From NCBI GenBank assembly GCA_020137815.1, contig CM035352.1, positions 3,038,001-3,102,000 of the forward strand: a stretch of 64,000 nucleotides of DNA, in the 5' to 3' direction. The position numbers and the translations under genes are program-made. Of this stretch, positions 1 to 13,869 are shown piece after piece (positions within the stretch are counted from its first letter, which is position 1; the number at the start of each line of letters is the position of its first letter). The notes under the pieces were generated by a model. The model saw only the letters and a program-made list of their open reading frames with translations, was not told the origin of the DNA and did no database searches. Origin of the DNA: Hormiphora californensis. Taxonomy: Eukaryota; Animalia; Ctenophora.

Positions 1-62
1 ATTCCTAATCACTCCCAGTATATACTTCCTAACAAGAACATGCCCGATGCAATGACACCTAC

Positions 63-2446
63 CTCAGGTACATGATCACCCAGCTCTGCAGTATCCTCAA
101 AAGCAGACATACTGATTTTTTCAGTCATCTGTAATCGTTCTGTCAACTGGTAGTCCGCATCCGCTTTCACCGCGAATCCTGGCATAAACGCTGTTTCACT
201 CTAGGGGATAGGGAAGGTTACTACTAGCAATGATTAATGAAATCAGAGATTTACAGAAAAATAAGAGAATATTATATCAGATAGAAATTGATTATTGAAC
301 TTACTTTTCTGGTCAGATTTCCGAGGAGCATGGCGCTAGATTCATCAGATGACACTGGTGTGGGTGCCTTTCCTTTCTTAGCGGTCTGCTGATTTGAATC
401 GAAACTGGAAAACGACTCCCTACTTCCCTCCAAAATGGGGGATAACTGCTTCGTTGAGTCCTCCCCAGCTGGAACAGGTCGAGTTGTGTCCCCTCCCCCG
501 GTACTACCCATTGTCGGATCTTCAACTGAGGGTGTACCGTTCAGGAAGTTGATGAACTGATTGTTGATAACCTGGGTCTCCGTTGCACCTCGCCTACCCA
601 TTCTCTCAGTGGTGGGTGGTACAAAGGATGAATTATCTGATTTACAGGGTGTTGTCAATGCCTTGATGTCATACGAATCCTCTGCTTTCTCAGGTGTATC
701 TTTGAAGATATCGAACGCATCGGAAGGTCGGCCAAGATCGGCGTATTCAAGTTTCTCAGGAGTCTGCATTTTCTCTTCGAACAAATCAGTAGTAACTTCT
801 TTTTGTTCCTTCAGGGCGAGTTTCTTCTTGGCAAATAGTCCCTTGATCATTGCTGGTTCTTTGAACTCTCCTTCACCTGCTGCAGCACCGCCCTTACACA
901 TTGTGTCCTCGTAAATTGCAAAGCCAGCCCCAAAACCAGCTGATGCTGCTGCAGGTTTCTTTTTTCTGTCCGGTGTTCTGATTGTTGTCTCCAACCTCTC
1001 CATAGTGTAGTTCTTCTCCTCTTCTGGGGGCGAGTGGGACTTTTTGGCTAGCTTTATACTGTCCTCTACGACCATCTTGGGCACGGAAACAGATGACTCT
1101 CCACCTCCTCTCATTGAAAGATGCAACGATAACCTATCCGCTTTCTCGGGCAGCACTTTCCGTGTGGATGACATTAATGAGTTGTCGAGGTGGAAATCAT
1201 TACCGTAAGTTGAGTTGAAGGCCGTCTTCTTGGGCACCATAACTATCTCGTCGCTATCATTCTCATCAGGATCTGAGCTGGACCTTTTCTTTCCCCTGAT
1301 TCCCTCATCCTCACTCTGACACTCTTCACTCTCCCGTTTAGCAAACCGAGCCATGGCCCGCAGCTCCTCAAACGTCCACTCTCCCCCACTCGGTGGGTAT
1401 ACCTTAGTCTTGGAATAAGCCACCGTAGTTGTGGCCGCACCGGTATTCAGGACCGGAGCATCACTGGACCCACCTCCCTTACTAATCCCTGCCCCTGTCG
1501 TGATCTTCTTCGTTTTCAGGGCTGTTGTGTTTCGTTCAAACTTTGGTTCACTGACATTTTGATCGGCCATTTCCTCGAAAATTGAGAACCGTTTTCCAGC
1601 AGGTGCTACCGAGTCAGTTTCCGGGGCAACGACATTCTTCCACCTTTGTTTGGCCAACACGTTCTCCTTGTTGTGCCGAGTTCTGTCCAGAGGGTTGGTT
1701 GACCTCTTTGGGGCTGTTGTCTCACCATCCCCACCACCTTCGCCGCGATCTTGGAAAATATTGAAACCCCGGTTTGCACTTTTCATGATCGATGGTCCTG
1801 CACGTTGGTCTTGTGAGGTATCACGGAACATCGTTTCCCCGGCTTTCCGGACCTCAACCGGTTTTTCCTTGGCGTCCAGTTCTATTCCACGTTTTTCCAT
1901 GGCCCTGATAATCTGGGTCTTGATGTCCGTCCAATAAGATTTGTCAGGATTCTTACGAAGTGCTGCATTACACACAGCCATTGCTCTTCCAAAGTTTTCA
2001 TTGTACATACAAGCATGGATCCACTTCTCCCAAAACTTCCGGTAGGTCGTCATTAGTTTGTGATAGTGACAAAAAGAGTAGACCTCGAGGCCATTTTCAG
2101 CATTCGTAGCCAGGGATAGAATGACACTTAGAAATCTCTTGTCTTGTTTGAATACTTCCTTCTGGTGAAATCGTTTAACCATCCTTAGCTGAATGTTCCC
2201 AATATTCCCCATAAAATCACCCTCTGGATACGCCTCCTGCATGTACCTCACATACTGGTACCACACCTCCATTTCATTCTCCAAACTATCCTCCTCCCCA
2301 AATGTCTTGATTTGCTGCTCAAAATGGGACTGTCGCTCCTGGATGGCGGCCAGCTCCGCTGTGGTTTTGGTAACTTTTAGACTGGACACACTCCGGCCCT
2401 CTAACTTTGGTTTGATGTTTTCCTTGCATTGCTCCCAGGCAGCCAT
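63..2446 (-). CDS. BUB1: Spindle checkpoint protein MADBUB (BUB1/BubR1-Mad3 family), 5' part; gene continues beyond the window start
   Basis: N-terminal WEQCKENIKP (KEN box) and Mad3/Bub1 TPR region, second KEN (HNKENV), GLEBS-like YSKTKVYPPSGGEWTFEELRA, ABBA-like FxIF/YxD/E motifs, KARD-like LSPILEGS. Large exon ~306-2446 ends at a GTAAG donor; next in-frame exon 63-200 is bounded by AG/GT. Confidence 0.85.
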
Positions 2447-3167
2447 CTTGAGTCTATAAAGTGGGAAAATGTTATGATTCTAGAAAGCACGGGAGATAGA
2501 GAATATGATATTTTCCTAAAGCTAAGTAGGTCGGGACTTGGGAAAGCAGGGAGATTGGTATGGGGAGATTGTTAGTTTTTACTAAGGACCAAGGAGTATC
2601 AAGGGTTGGATGTAGGTTGATTGTTTGATGACTGGGTTCTACAGGATTATTCTAGAAAGTATCAGATAACACATCCAAACACATTTATGGCATAAATATT
2701 CTGAAATTAAATAATATGAAACATAACAAAAACAGAGGACGTTTTGTAAAAATGTCAACCAAGAATTTCAGACCTAATTGGGCTAGTAGAGACTAGAGGT
2801 AGTTATACATAATGTTCATAAAGAACATGTAAGATATATATGGGACTATACTATTGGATAAAAACCTCTCCGAGGCCGTCTATGAAATAAAAATACGTTA
2901 GAACTTGGGTAAAAAAGGTAAAAAGGTTGTCACTCTTGATGTTTTCGCTTGCTCACAAATAAATATTATCACATTGATAAAAACTAAAAAGGGGTAGAGT
3001 TAAAAAGATGTGTGTACTACTACAGATTACTGTGGTATGTAGAGATATCACCCTACTTAGACAAGAATAGATCAACATATTTCTTACACCTTCACATCAT
3101 ATAATATAATTGTAAGGATCAGTATATTATATCGATTCAATATTCTTGCTATTCTAGGAATTACTCC

Positions 3168-6100
3168 CTACAAGGTCAGGATGATATTCTTCTTCTTCTT
3201 GTCATGGATGAACTTGTTAGCAATGAACAGATCACTTTCATAGAAGGGTTGAAGGTTGTGAATATTGATCTGTCTTGCTTTATCCTCCAGCTCCTCTGCA
3301 GATACCTCAACCGTAGAGGCACCAGCTCCCGCACCGTACCGAGACCTGGAGTATACCATTTGGTCCTTTGCCAACTGTTTAAGGATAAAGAGCAACAGTT
3401 CGTTGTTGTCCTTTTTGTACGCCAGATATTTGGAGAACGTAGCTGTCATGTTTTTCATAACGGAGTACTTTTGGGTGTCAATAAAGCTTTCCAGCATCGA
3501 CCTGCACGGGGAGAGTGAGTGGGTTAGGGAAGAACATAAGGGCAGCGGGTTTAAACACCCAGTGTAAAAAACACGAATATATGCGAATCTAATTTCCAAT
3601 GCGTTAATGAAAAATAATTCTAAAATAATACCACCATGTCCTGTTATTACCTGATAGCAATGTTGATGTCATCCTCTCTCACATACTCCCTGAGGTGTAG
3701 TTTAGCATGGGCCTCAGCCATCCTGATCATACTCTCGATATGCCTCACAGTAATGGGGATACTACCAGTTGCCATGCTCTCCCTCCTCAGCTCAGCATAC
3801 AGTGCTGCAACCTTATCTTGGTCAACATAGTGCAGCTTTGGCTTGACCTTGGTCCGGGCATACATAATGTACTTCTTCAGGAGATCTTGGTTGATGTAAT
3901 TCTTTGTATTATCGTCCTCTGCAATGTCAGCTTCACCACGGCTGTTGGCTGGATGGTGCTTCATGTGAGATCCAGTTACAAACCGTGCCATTCGCTCATC
4001 ATTCACTGGGTCCACTGTGTCTCTCACCACACACAGCACATCAAACCGGGAGAGAATGGGCTCGGTTAGATCTACGTTCTCAGCAAATGTCAGGGAAGGA
4101 TCATACCGCCCTCCGATGGGGTTCGCCGCGGCAATGATGGCACACCTAGCCTGGAGGGAAGCAACAATACCAGCTTTTGAGATGGAGATGGTCTGTTGTT
4201 CCATCGCCTCGTGGATGGATGTCCTGTCCGAGTCATTCATCTTGTCGAATTCATCGATCAAACAAACACCTGGGGGTGGTAGAATGGTAAATGAGGTGAA
4301 CGGTTGACTAATTCTAATATTGAGGTAGAACAGTAATAATTGGCCCTAGTTCATACACGGCGTGCCTGGTGAAATTTTAACACGACCTAGCATGCGACGG
4401 GAAACCACCACTTGTACGTGGTAGCTGAGGGTCTACATAATGGCGCTACGGTGCGGGAAAAAACATTCCATTCCCTAAAATCTTTTTTTTTACTTTTATT
4501 TGATTTGGGTCAAAATTGGCTATATTAAACGTGGTCCCGAAAAATCCATAATGACTTAGCACACGAAATATGTCACCCCCACCTATTTTTGCACGTAGAA
4601 TCGATTGCCGTTGAAGTCGAATCTCTAAAATGACTGTAAAATGGTCAAAAGTTGATTTTTTACCATTTTTTGGAGGTTTTTGGCCCCTAAACTATTAAAA
4701 ACGTTGAGATAGGAATTTGAAACTAGTGCCAATCGTTAAAATGGTCATTTTTCTACCAAGAACCAAGTTTTCGTGTATATCCGATTTATGGTTAGATTTG
4801 GGCAAATTGTTGAAATCTGCCAACTAGGAGAACCGTAACTTGATTTTCTTGTTTTTTTGGATTTTGGCATTTTCGACAAACGTCTGATTGAAATGGTCAA
4901 TCGGGACCATGCTTAAGTTGTTTATGGGACAATTTTCGACTAAAATCCAAGATTTCATACCAATCCAATAACAGATAGTTGGTTTATAGAAAATTTAAGT
5001 AGGCAAAACGGTCAAAATGACAACTTTTCTTGCTTATTTTCACCGTTTTGCCTACTTAAATTTTCTATAAATCAACGATCTGTTATTGGATTGGTATGAA
5101 ATCTTGGATTTTAGTCGAAAATTGTCCCATAAACAACTTAAGCATGGTCCCGATTGACCATTTCAATCAGAAGTTTGTCGAAAATGCCAAAATCCAAAAA
5201 ACAAGAAAATCAAGTTACGGTTCTCCTAGTTGGCAGATTTCAACAACTTGCCCAAATCTAACCATAAATCGGATATACACGAAAACTTGATTCTTGGTAG
5301 AAAAATGACCATTTTAACGATTGGCACTAGTTTCAAATTCCTATCTCAACGTTTTCAATAGTTTAGGGGCCAAAAACCTCCAAAAATGGTAAAAAATCAA
5401 CTTTTGACCATTTTACAGTCATTTTAGAGATTCGACTTCAACGGCAATCGATTTTACGTGCAAAAATAGGTGGGGGTGACATATTTCGTGTGCTAAGTCA
5501 TTATGGATTTTTCGGGACCACGTTTAATATAGCCAATTTTGACCCAAATCAAATAAAAGTAAAAAAAAAGATTTTAGGGAATGGAATGTTTTTTCCCGCA
5601 CCGTAGCGCCATTCTGTAGACCCTCAGCTACCACGTACAAGTGGTGGTTTCCCGTCGCATGCTAGGTCGTGTTAAAATTTCACCAGGCACGCCGTGCATA
5701 CTGAAGAGATTAGACATCGTACTAATGTCTAACGAGTGTGAGTAGCCGAAGAAATATAACTCAAAAAGATTTTTGAGAATCTAAAAGTAGAACAACTAAC
5801 CGTTATCTGCAAGTACCAGTGCTCCAGCCTCCAGGGTCCACTCTCTCGTAACGGGATGTTTCTGGACATACGCAGTGAGACCGACCGCACTGGCCCCCTG
5901 ACCTGTTGTAAAAACCGGCCTCGGAGCAACTTTAGTGACATATTTTAGGAACTGAGATTTAGCAGTTCCCGGATCCCCGCACAGGAGGACATTGATATCA
6001 CCTCGTACTTTATGTTTTTTTCCAGGGTTCTTGGGTACACCCCCAAATAAGGAAAGTGCAATGGCCCGTTTGATATTGGCATGCCCATATATGGAAGGTC

Positions 6101-7719
6101 CGATGCTGTCCATGATCCGTTCTCCAACCATTTCATCCTTGCTCAGTGCCAGGATCTCTTTAACATCCTCATCTGTGAGGTTGTTCACTGCCTCTTTCTC
6201 TTCCTTTACCACGACATAATTCGCCTCAATGACGGTGCTAAACACTGGGAACCCATTTACAGTGTTGAGGGATCCATCAAATGAGTTGGTGTACACTCCA
6301 GTCAGTTCGACCTCATCTCCAGGCTTGCAGATGTCCACCAAATCACCGAGCAGAATGGCATCCTTCTGTCTTGGCAGCCTGCCAGCAGCAACTTTCTCGG
6401 GGCTCTCTTGGATGGTGATTCTCTGGTAGTTCTGGTACACTGTCTGCTCCATGTTAACCTCGAACGGTCCGTAGGATTGGCACTCAGGACAGGATGTCGG
6501 TTTGACTTCTTTTCCCTGTGTCTGGACCAATGGACCAATAGTATTGCCACATTTGGTACAGTCAAACTTCACCAGATTCAACTGGGGAAGAACACCAGTG
6601 TGACTGGTAACTACTCCAGAGGTCCTGATCAGCTGATTCAGATGGAGTTGCCGGAGAGATCTGATCTCCTCCAGAAGAGGCAGACCCGATATTCGGACAT
6701 GGATTTGAGTCGCAATTCGATCGTAGTTGGGGAACAGTGACAAAACAACCTCCTTGGCTGCTTCATCAAAGACGGTCAACATTTCCTTGGGAGCTTCGGG
6801 AAGGAAGTATGCAATGACAGATTGCTCAGTCGCAAGTCCATGATAGTTAACCACAAGACTCTGCTTGTTTGCCTCACACATCTGCCTCATTTTCTCCCGA
6901 TACACAGAGGCACCCTTCTCATCAACATAGGTCCTCAGGAACTGCTTGAACCGGTTTTTAATTTCCAGTCGAGGTCCAATCATGGAGACCCACTCCGCAA
7001 TGGAATGACCTTTCAGATCCTCCAGGTTTTCAATCGCCTCAGGCATGTCCTCCATAGTGTCCTCTTGTTCCTGGATGATACGGCGACGACGGGTCGGTCG
7101 AGAATCCTCATCGCCTGCGTCATACAGAATTCCTCTCCTCATTCGACCATCACCCTGACCAGCCATTGCTCGATCACGTTCCCTCATCTGGTTTTCAGCA
7201 GCCGCCCTGATAGGAATTGAGTCATCGATAAAATGTCAATATAATTACGTTATCAATTCAATGTAGGAGACAGTTATTTACTCATAGAGCATGTTCACAA
7301 ATTACGTACCTGGTGCTAGGACTCATGCTGTCATAATCTTCTCTATCTATGATATCTTCTTCATATGTATCCAGCTCAGGTATTGGTTGGTAATCTCTCT
7401 CCATGTTGTCCCCAAACAGATCTTCGCCCTGAGACATGAGTCAATAAAATAGTAGATTCAAAGACTCAATATTGAAATAGTAAATACGCTAGTTTACCGA
7501 AAAAGAGTCAAGATTACAATTAAACATTTTACATACCTCGGCCTCCTCATCCTCCAGTTCCTGATCTCTTGCGAGGTGCTCCGTCTCATCTTCAAATGCA
7601 GGCATGTTGTCATCGCCGGGCGGTCGGCTGACTTCGGACCTTTCTCGAGGTGGGGAGCTAGAAAACTCAATAACTCGGCGACGTCCCGGGGAGCTGGGAG
7701 GATTACTTGGATCATCCAT
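3168..7719 (-). CDS. MCM2: DNA replication licensing factor MCM2 (5 exons)
   Basis: Exons approx. 7537-7719, 7310-7428, 5801-7206, 3651-4269, 3168-3501 with GT-AG ends. Zn finger CTKC..CPEC, Walker [10 protein letters not shown], Walker [11 protein letters not shown], arginine finger SRFD and an MCM2-type C-terminus. Confidence 0.97.
4356..5696. mobile_element. Non-autonomous foldback DNA element, family A (Chapaev/CMC-like), in an MCM2 intron
   Basis: Near-perfect palindrome with ~660-bp arms and a ~17-nt loop near 5020-5036. Termini CACGGCGTG...CACGCCGTG and 4-bp TSD CATA. Second copy at 33341-34682. Confidence 0.9.
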
Positions 7720-8171
7720 GACACCTGTCTCCTAAACAAGTTTGTCTGTTAAGTATTAGGTGTACCTAAACCTAAACGGGAGGTCTTGGGAGCTGTCACG
7801 GCTGCTTGCAACTGGCCTGTGACAGATGTCCAGTGTCCCTAAGTCTCTACAGTCAACTGCTGACAATACAAAGGCTCAAACCAAGCCGTATACGACCTCA
7901 GGGATGGAATGAAGTACAGATTCAATTCGGAATTTCCGACTCGGAAAGTTTCCGAAGGAAACGGGAAAAGTCAGAACTTTTTTGAGAAAAAAAACACGAA
8001 AAACGCCAAAGCGTGTGAAAATAGGAACACGTGTGCGGGTGTACCATAGGTATATTGTGTTAGGACACGGAGAAAAGAGGTAGAGACACAATAAAGAATG
8101 GCTGCATAATTCACCACTCCTGGTACACCACGCACGTCCCTAGCGATTTATAAAAGTAAACACAGAATAAA

Positions 8172-9360
8172 TTACGTCAGTCTGAAATCAACTTCGCTCG
8201 GCATAAATGGTATACATCGCCTCTTAGTGCCCCTCAATGCTACTAAGGTTGATCTTAACAGGCTAAATCTGAGCTTTTGTCTTATAAAAGACATCGTCTC
8301 ACTGAGTCCTTCTTGGTGCTTGGAGCAGATTTTGTGTCCAACGCATTCCAGAACTCGTTTAACCTCTGGTGCGAAGCCTCCTGAAGTAGCAAACACAAGA
8401 GGTGTGAAGCTACCCTGCTCTACGTTTAGAACCCTCCTCAAATAGGCCATTTTCTTCTGGTTCTGGTGAGTTCTGTGCAGCTGAGCGATTGATGTTTTCT
8501 GGTAGGAGGGAGCATTAGGGTGAAACACCCGCACATCGAGGTAGGATGCCTCCATATCCCGCCATAGACCTCGGCATACTATGTCCATTCGGGCATCGTC
8601 CCTGGTGTTGGCACTGACAGGAAATGTATGTCCTTCACACGGTAGAAGCAGCTGTTCTGTATTCACCGGTTTCAATCCTGCATACCTGAACAACTCGGCC
8701 ATGGTGTCCCTCAGATGATCGTGTCTCCAAATATCGAACCCACCAACCTTGCAGATTAGGGCATGGTCTGCATTATTGTCAGCCCCACATCCACATTTGG
8801 AAGGAAGATCCGAGAAATGAAAGCCGTATCTCAAACGAATGGCATCAACAAATTCCCTCTGGTTTAACTCATGATCAAGGTGTTTGAGTGGTCTGGCTGA
8901 TAACCAGCTTGAAGATCCCTGTTCAGAGTTAAGCTCCAGTGCCCGTTTCAGGCGATCATCTGCCTCAGACACTATCGATTTCAGTTCAAGCTCAGCCCGT
9001 TCTTGAGCGGCTTCTTCACACTCCTTTTTGTTTTTAGCTGCACAGGACTCTACATTTGCTATGGTGCCGCCTTCAGACCCGTCTGAAAGGATCAATTCAA
9101 CGAGTGGGGTGTTGATGAACCTCGAGCTGCTGTATTGGTGTTTTGCAGCTTCCGTCGGGTCTTCAATTGCCAAACCACCCATCCTTATCGGCAGAGCCAG
9201 GACTCTCCGTTCAAGATCAGACACATGTTTTCCAACGACTAGAGGGATGAACTTGTGCCGGATGATGTCTTCGATAGGCTGGAATAGAGGGCCGATGTCA
9301 GGAATGGTTCGTTGTAGATATCCCCACTTACACTTAAAACTTCTCACGAAGTTGCTGTAA
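8172..9360 (-). mobile_element. 5'-truncated non-LTR retrotransposon with restriction-like endonuclease (CRE-like clade)
   Basis: Post-RT region KWGYLQRTIP, CCHC knuckle CGCG..DHALIC, RHD motif, RMD..DVRV endonuclease core, FTPLVFATSGG. The ORF's first ~11 codons come from the adjacent MITE. Confidence 0.8.
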
Positions 9361-9649
9361 AGTCCATTTTTATTCAACTGTTCACCCCTCAACTCATGCG
9401 CGTGCGATATTTTAATTTACGCTGCGCGCGCTACACGTTAACATGTGATAAACGCGCAAAACAATTCCGCGCACGACTTTGGGGGGTGAACAGTTGAAAA
9501 AAAATGGACTAAAGTCCATTTTTATTCAACTGTTCACCCAAAAACTGAAATTTAAAATTTTTGTGACGCGCGCTACACGTTAACATGTGATAAACGCGCA
9601 AAACAATTCCGCGCACGACTTTGGGGGGTGAACAGTTGAAAAAAAATGG
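9361..9649. mobile_element. Two tandem ~145-bp MITEs
   Basis: Each unit has TIR AGTCCATTTTT-TTCAACTGTTCACCC...GGGTGAACAGTTGAAAAAAAATGGA. The internal ACACGTTAACATGTGA is shared with the copy at ~12750-12898. Confidence 0.7.
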
Positions 9650-12600
9650 AGTATATACAGGGTGTCCCATATATTCTCCGGGTCGGTTGGCGAGCTGTCA
9701 CGCAAAAACGGTGATAGTTGTGTGAAAACAAACTGCGGGAGTGTGCTGGATTAATTCCTTCCTAACTGATGGCTTTGTTTTAAAATTAAATTTCAAAAGT
9801 TCATTTTTCATGAATGAACATTGTTGCCGTTCATTCATGAATTCTGAAATATTGTTTACCTTGAGTAAGTAACTTTTCTTTGGCTCGCAATTATCTTTCC
9901 ATTGAGCACCATAAAACTCAAATTGAAGCACCAGGTCACATGACAGTTGAGAAAATGAACATGCATGATTTTGGCTCTTTTTGCGACTTTCAATCGGCTG
10001 TATCACCGCTACCTTACCTTCAATCTTTTTGAAACTTTGGGTGAACATTGGATAAGCAAAGATCTTTGCTCACAAGAAAAATCAAGGTCAAAACTCAAAG
10101 TTCATTTTTAAGTTTTGGTAGTTCATTCCCCTCATTCAGGAACCAACAACCCTAAAGTGATGGAAAAGTGTTGGATTTTGTTTGGCCAATGTCCTGCAAT
10201 GACAGAGAGGTGTAGTAACGTGTTTCCGGGCTAGTTAGTGGGTGTCCATGTGATCTTGGTGATACCTGACACCTTCACTGAGCAATAATCAAGGGATTTT
10301 CACGAATTCAAGCATGTGATTTGGGTTTTCTGCGATTGGTATCGTGCAGCAATGTTAAGAGATCTCATAGCCCCTCGAAAATGATGGTTAGTTCAATGAA
10401 ATGAGTTGATTTATGATCGAAAATGGTCGTTGAGTTCAATGTGGCATCGGTTTTAATCTTATTGATCATAAATCAACTCAATTTATTGAACTTATCATCA
10501 TTTTTGAGGTGCTATGTGATCTCTCAAGATTGCTGCACGATACCAATCGCAGTAGACCCGAATCACATGCTTGAATTCGAGAAAATCCCTTGATTATTGC
10601 TCAGTGAAGGTGTCAGGTATCACCAAGATCACATGGACACCCACTAACTAGCCCGGAAACACGTTACTACACCTCTCTGTCATTGCAGGACATTAGCCAA
10701 ACAAAATCCAACACTTTTCCATCACTTTAGGGTTGTTGGTTCCTGAATGAGTGGAATGAACTACCAAAACTTAAAAATGAACTTTGAGTTTTGACCTTGA
10801 TTTTTCTTGTGAGCAAAGATCTTTGCTTATCCAATGTTCACCCAAAGTTTCAAAAAGATTGAAGGTAAGGTATCGGTGATACAGCCGATTGAAAGTCGCA
10901 AAAAGAGCCAAAATCATGCATGTTCATTTTCTCAACTGTCATGTGACCTGGTGCTTCAATTTGAGTTTTATGGTGCTCAATGGAAAGATAATTGCGAGCC
11001 AAAGAAAAGTTACTTACTCAAGGTAAACAATATTTCAGAATTCATGAATGAACGGCAGCAATGTTCATTCATGAAAAATGAACTTTTGAAATTTAATTTT
11101 AAGACAAAGCCATCAGTTAGGAAGGAATTAATCCAGCACACTCCCGCAGTTTGTTTTCACACAACTATCACCGTTTTTGCGTGACAGCTCGCCAACCGAC
11201 CCGGAGAATATGAGCATACTCGGAAATGTTCAGGTCGAGCACATGAAGGTCGAGCACAAGGTCGAGCACAAGGTCCGGTCAATGTCAGCACTTTTTTTCG
11301 CGCTGCGGCTCAACGGCGGTTCAACGACGCGCAGTGGTCACGTGACTGGTCAGACCTTGTGCTCGACCTCGTGCTCGACCTTTCATACGACGTGCGCGCC
11401 GTGAAATCTCGCGCGAAATTCCCACAGAGTTGATCTCCGCGTCAGCCGTTTCTCCCATCAAGTCACAGACAAACAGACAAACATTCGCGCCCTGGCGTCA
11501 ATTTACCAGGGCAGACGGCAGCTTGCTGATGAACAAAAACATGACATGACATTACCAAACAATGTTTGAAACTTTGAACCAGTAGCATCTTCCTTTTTTC
11601 GCCAGTGTAGGGAGTCAAATTATAAACATCTTTTAGTTTTATAAATAAGGTAACAAAATTAAAAATATGATAATGAATTATAGCATGGTAATCAGGCAAT
11701 TGATAATTATAAATATAACACACAGATCCGCATTTTTCACATAAATTATGGGAACTATCAGTATCAGTTTCTCAGCTATTGAGAGAAAATTGTTGATTAG
11801 CCGCATAATTAACGAGGAAGCTGTGTTTTCTCCTTCCGGCCGGATCTGGACCACTGACCAGCTTTATGAAATGAGTACTAGAGTATTCGACGGGTTTTAA
11901 TTTTGATATCATATTGTAGAACGTAGCGTTGTTCTACAATAAAACCCTATTCAGTTCGTATCCCGACCAAAAGGAGAAAACACAACTTTCACAGTTACTT
12001 TACACCCATGAAATCTACATGTCCTCTCACCTCGACAGCTCATCACAGCCACAATCACAGCCCGTATGTCGTATGACTCTTCTTATAAGCTTCGAGTATT
12101 TTAGAATATAGAGTCCATGGCCTTTTTATGGTCTTTGTAGAGTCAAATCTTTATTAATACCAGATCCAATGTCATCGTAAGTCAGAGCAGCCACGTCATT
12201 ACGCCAATAATTGATAAGCCGGCTTCATTAGACACTAGCGATCCCCTTGCACTGTACTGCACTTGCACTTGTAGTCCTCTATTTATATATTTTGTAGTCC
12301 TCCACATATAGTTTTGCACTAGCAGCTCCTTCAGTTACTGAAATGGAAAAAACAATTTACAATTTAAGTTTACAATAACAGTAACACAGTTATAGTGGAT
12401 AGTCCTAACACAAAACTATGGTACAACCACACCCGTACACTTGCTCCCTTTTCAAAGAAATATCCCCAATAACAAATGAAAATTTCATTTGTTATAGGGG
12501 ATATTGATATTTTTATTTATAAACCCGAATAAGCTAGATAACTCGGACAGTAACAACATTACTATCTTTTCAGTGACAATTAATGTATTGACACAGTTAT

Positions 12601-12749
12601 AAACACACACACACATACACACGTCACAGTTCTAGTTATGCATGTCACAGCTATGAATGAAGGAAGCCGGTCAGTGGGGAATACTGACGTACGCATTGAA
12701 GTGAGAGTGGACAGAAGCAGAATTGGAGAAGCTTGATTGAGGTAGTAAA

Positions 12750-12898
12750 GTCGGATATTTTGAAGTTGTCACCCCAAAATGACCGCACATGTGAAATTTA
12801 TCAATTTTGACGTGCACACCACACGTTAACATGTGATGTGACGTGCAAAAACATTCCGCGCACGAAACGGGGGGTGACAACTTCAAAAAAGTCCGACT
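12750..12898. mobile_element. MITE related to 9361-9649
   Basis: TIR AGTCGGA..TTTTGAAGTTGTCACCCC / GGGGTGACAACTTCAAAAAAGTCCGACT plus the shared internal motif. Confidence 0.65.
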
Positions 12899-12899
12899 T

Positions 12900-13148
12900 T
12901 AGAGCATATAACTTTCCGAGTATTTTCCATTTTTCCCGCTCTCAAAAGATACAATGATACATTCCTCGCTGTGAAATTGCTCTCTATTATACACACGGCG
13001 GGGCAGGTTCACTGTTCGGGCATACACGCCCAGTGCCCACAGAACATAGCGAGATAGAGTTCCAGCCCCCTGGTAACAAATATAATAGAGCGAGGAATGT
13101 ATCTTTTCAGAGCGGGAAAAGTGAAAATACTCGGAGAGTTCTGCTCTA
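12900..13148. mobile_element. Degenerate ~250-bp MITE
   Basis: Imperfect ~90-bp inverted arms TAGAGCA..CCGAGTATTTTC..GATACATTCCTCGCT / AGCGAGGAATGTATC..GAAAATACTCGG..TGCTCTA. Confidence 0.6.
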
Positions 13149-13544
13149 CTACATCAATCAAGCTTGTCCAATTCTTTTTCTGTCTACTCTGACTTTAACG
13201 AGACTTACCAATTTCTATCGCACAGGGTTAATTTAAATATCGTGTACTGGTCCTGGGCTTTTTGTCAGCTTTGTGCTTGTTATGAGGCGATCCCATATAC
13301 TATCTGGTCATATTCCAAACAAATAGATATCACTGTCTCGACCCTGCATGAGGAGAGAATATATCAGTAGTCAGTACAAAGGATGGGAGCAGGTTTAGGG
13401 ACATCCAACATCTATTTAGTTTTTTATCGGTTGTTGGGACGTGGAGAGGTAGGGCCTAATGAAGAGATTAGATATCAGTACGGAGGTTGGGAGCAGGTTT
13501 TAGGAAATCCTACATTTATCTACTGTCATCATCTTTTTAGATAT

Positions 13545-13786
13545 ACCTTACTCTCGATTTTTAAGAAACGCTTTAGTGAGAAACTTTTTTATAAGAAACT
13601 TTTCAAATGTAAATCACACAATTCAGAGACACCACAACAAAATAGAACACCCCCAACTTGTTTAGTTTCTTGATATAGAAGAAATTCTTTTTGTTTTTGG
13701 ATTGCTTACACTTGAAGTTTCCTAGAAAAAAGTTTCTTATTGAAAAGTTTCTTGAAATATGAGAGCTTAATTAACGAGAGTAAGGT
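13545..13786. mobile_element. Degenerate MITE-like inverted repeat
   Basis: ACCTTACTCTCG / CGAGAGTAAGGT ends and internal AAGAAACTTTTCAA / TTGAAAAGTTTCTT. Confidence 0.5.
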
Positions 13787-13869
13787 TTTCTCCGCTGATG
13801 TGGGGTACTGGGTAGGGCCTAAATTAGATCGCCTAATTTTTTACTGGGAAGAACTATTTTAGGTATACT

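Noticed and set aside
4356-5696. Palindromes as fold-back sequencing or assembly artefacts
   Set aside because: Each has a TSD, unique flanks that rejoin into a normal intron, small arm mismatches, and homologous copies elsewhere; raw-read confirmation is still advisable.
7990-8015. E2F-like TTTGGCG upstream of MCM2
   Set aside because: Single imperfect short match, not distinguishable from chance.
9698-11184. Paired 116-aa ORFs in family B arms (73 aa in the other copy)
   Set aside because: Mirror images from the palindrome; truncated in the second copy and with no transposase motifs.
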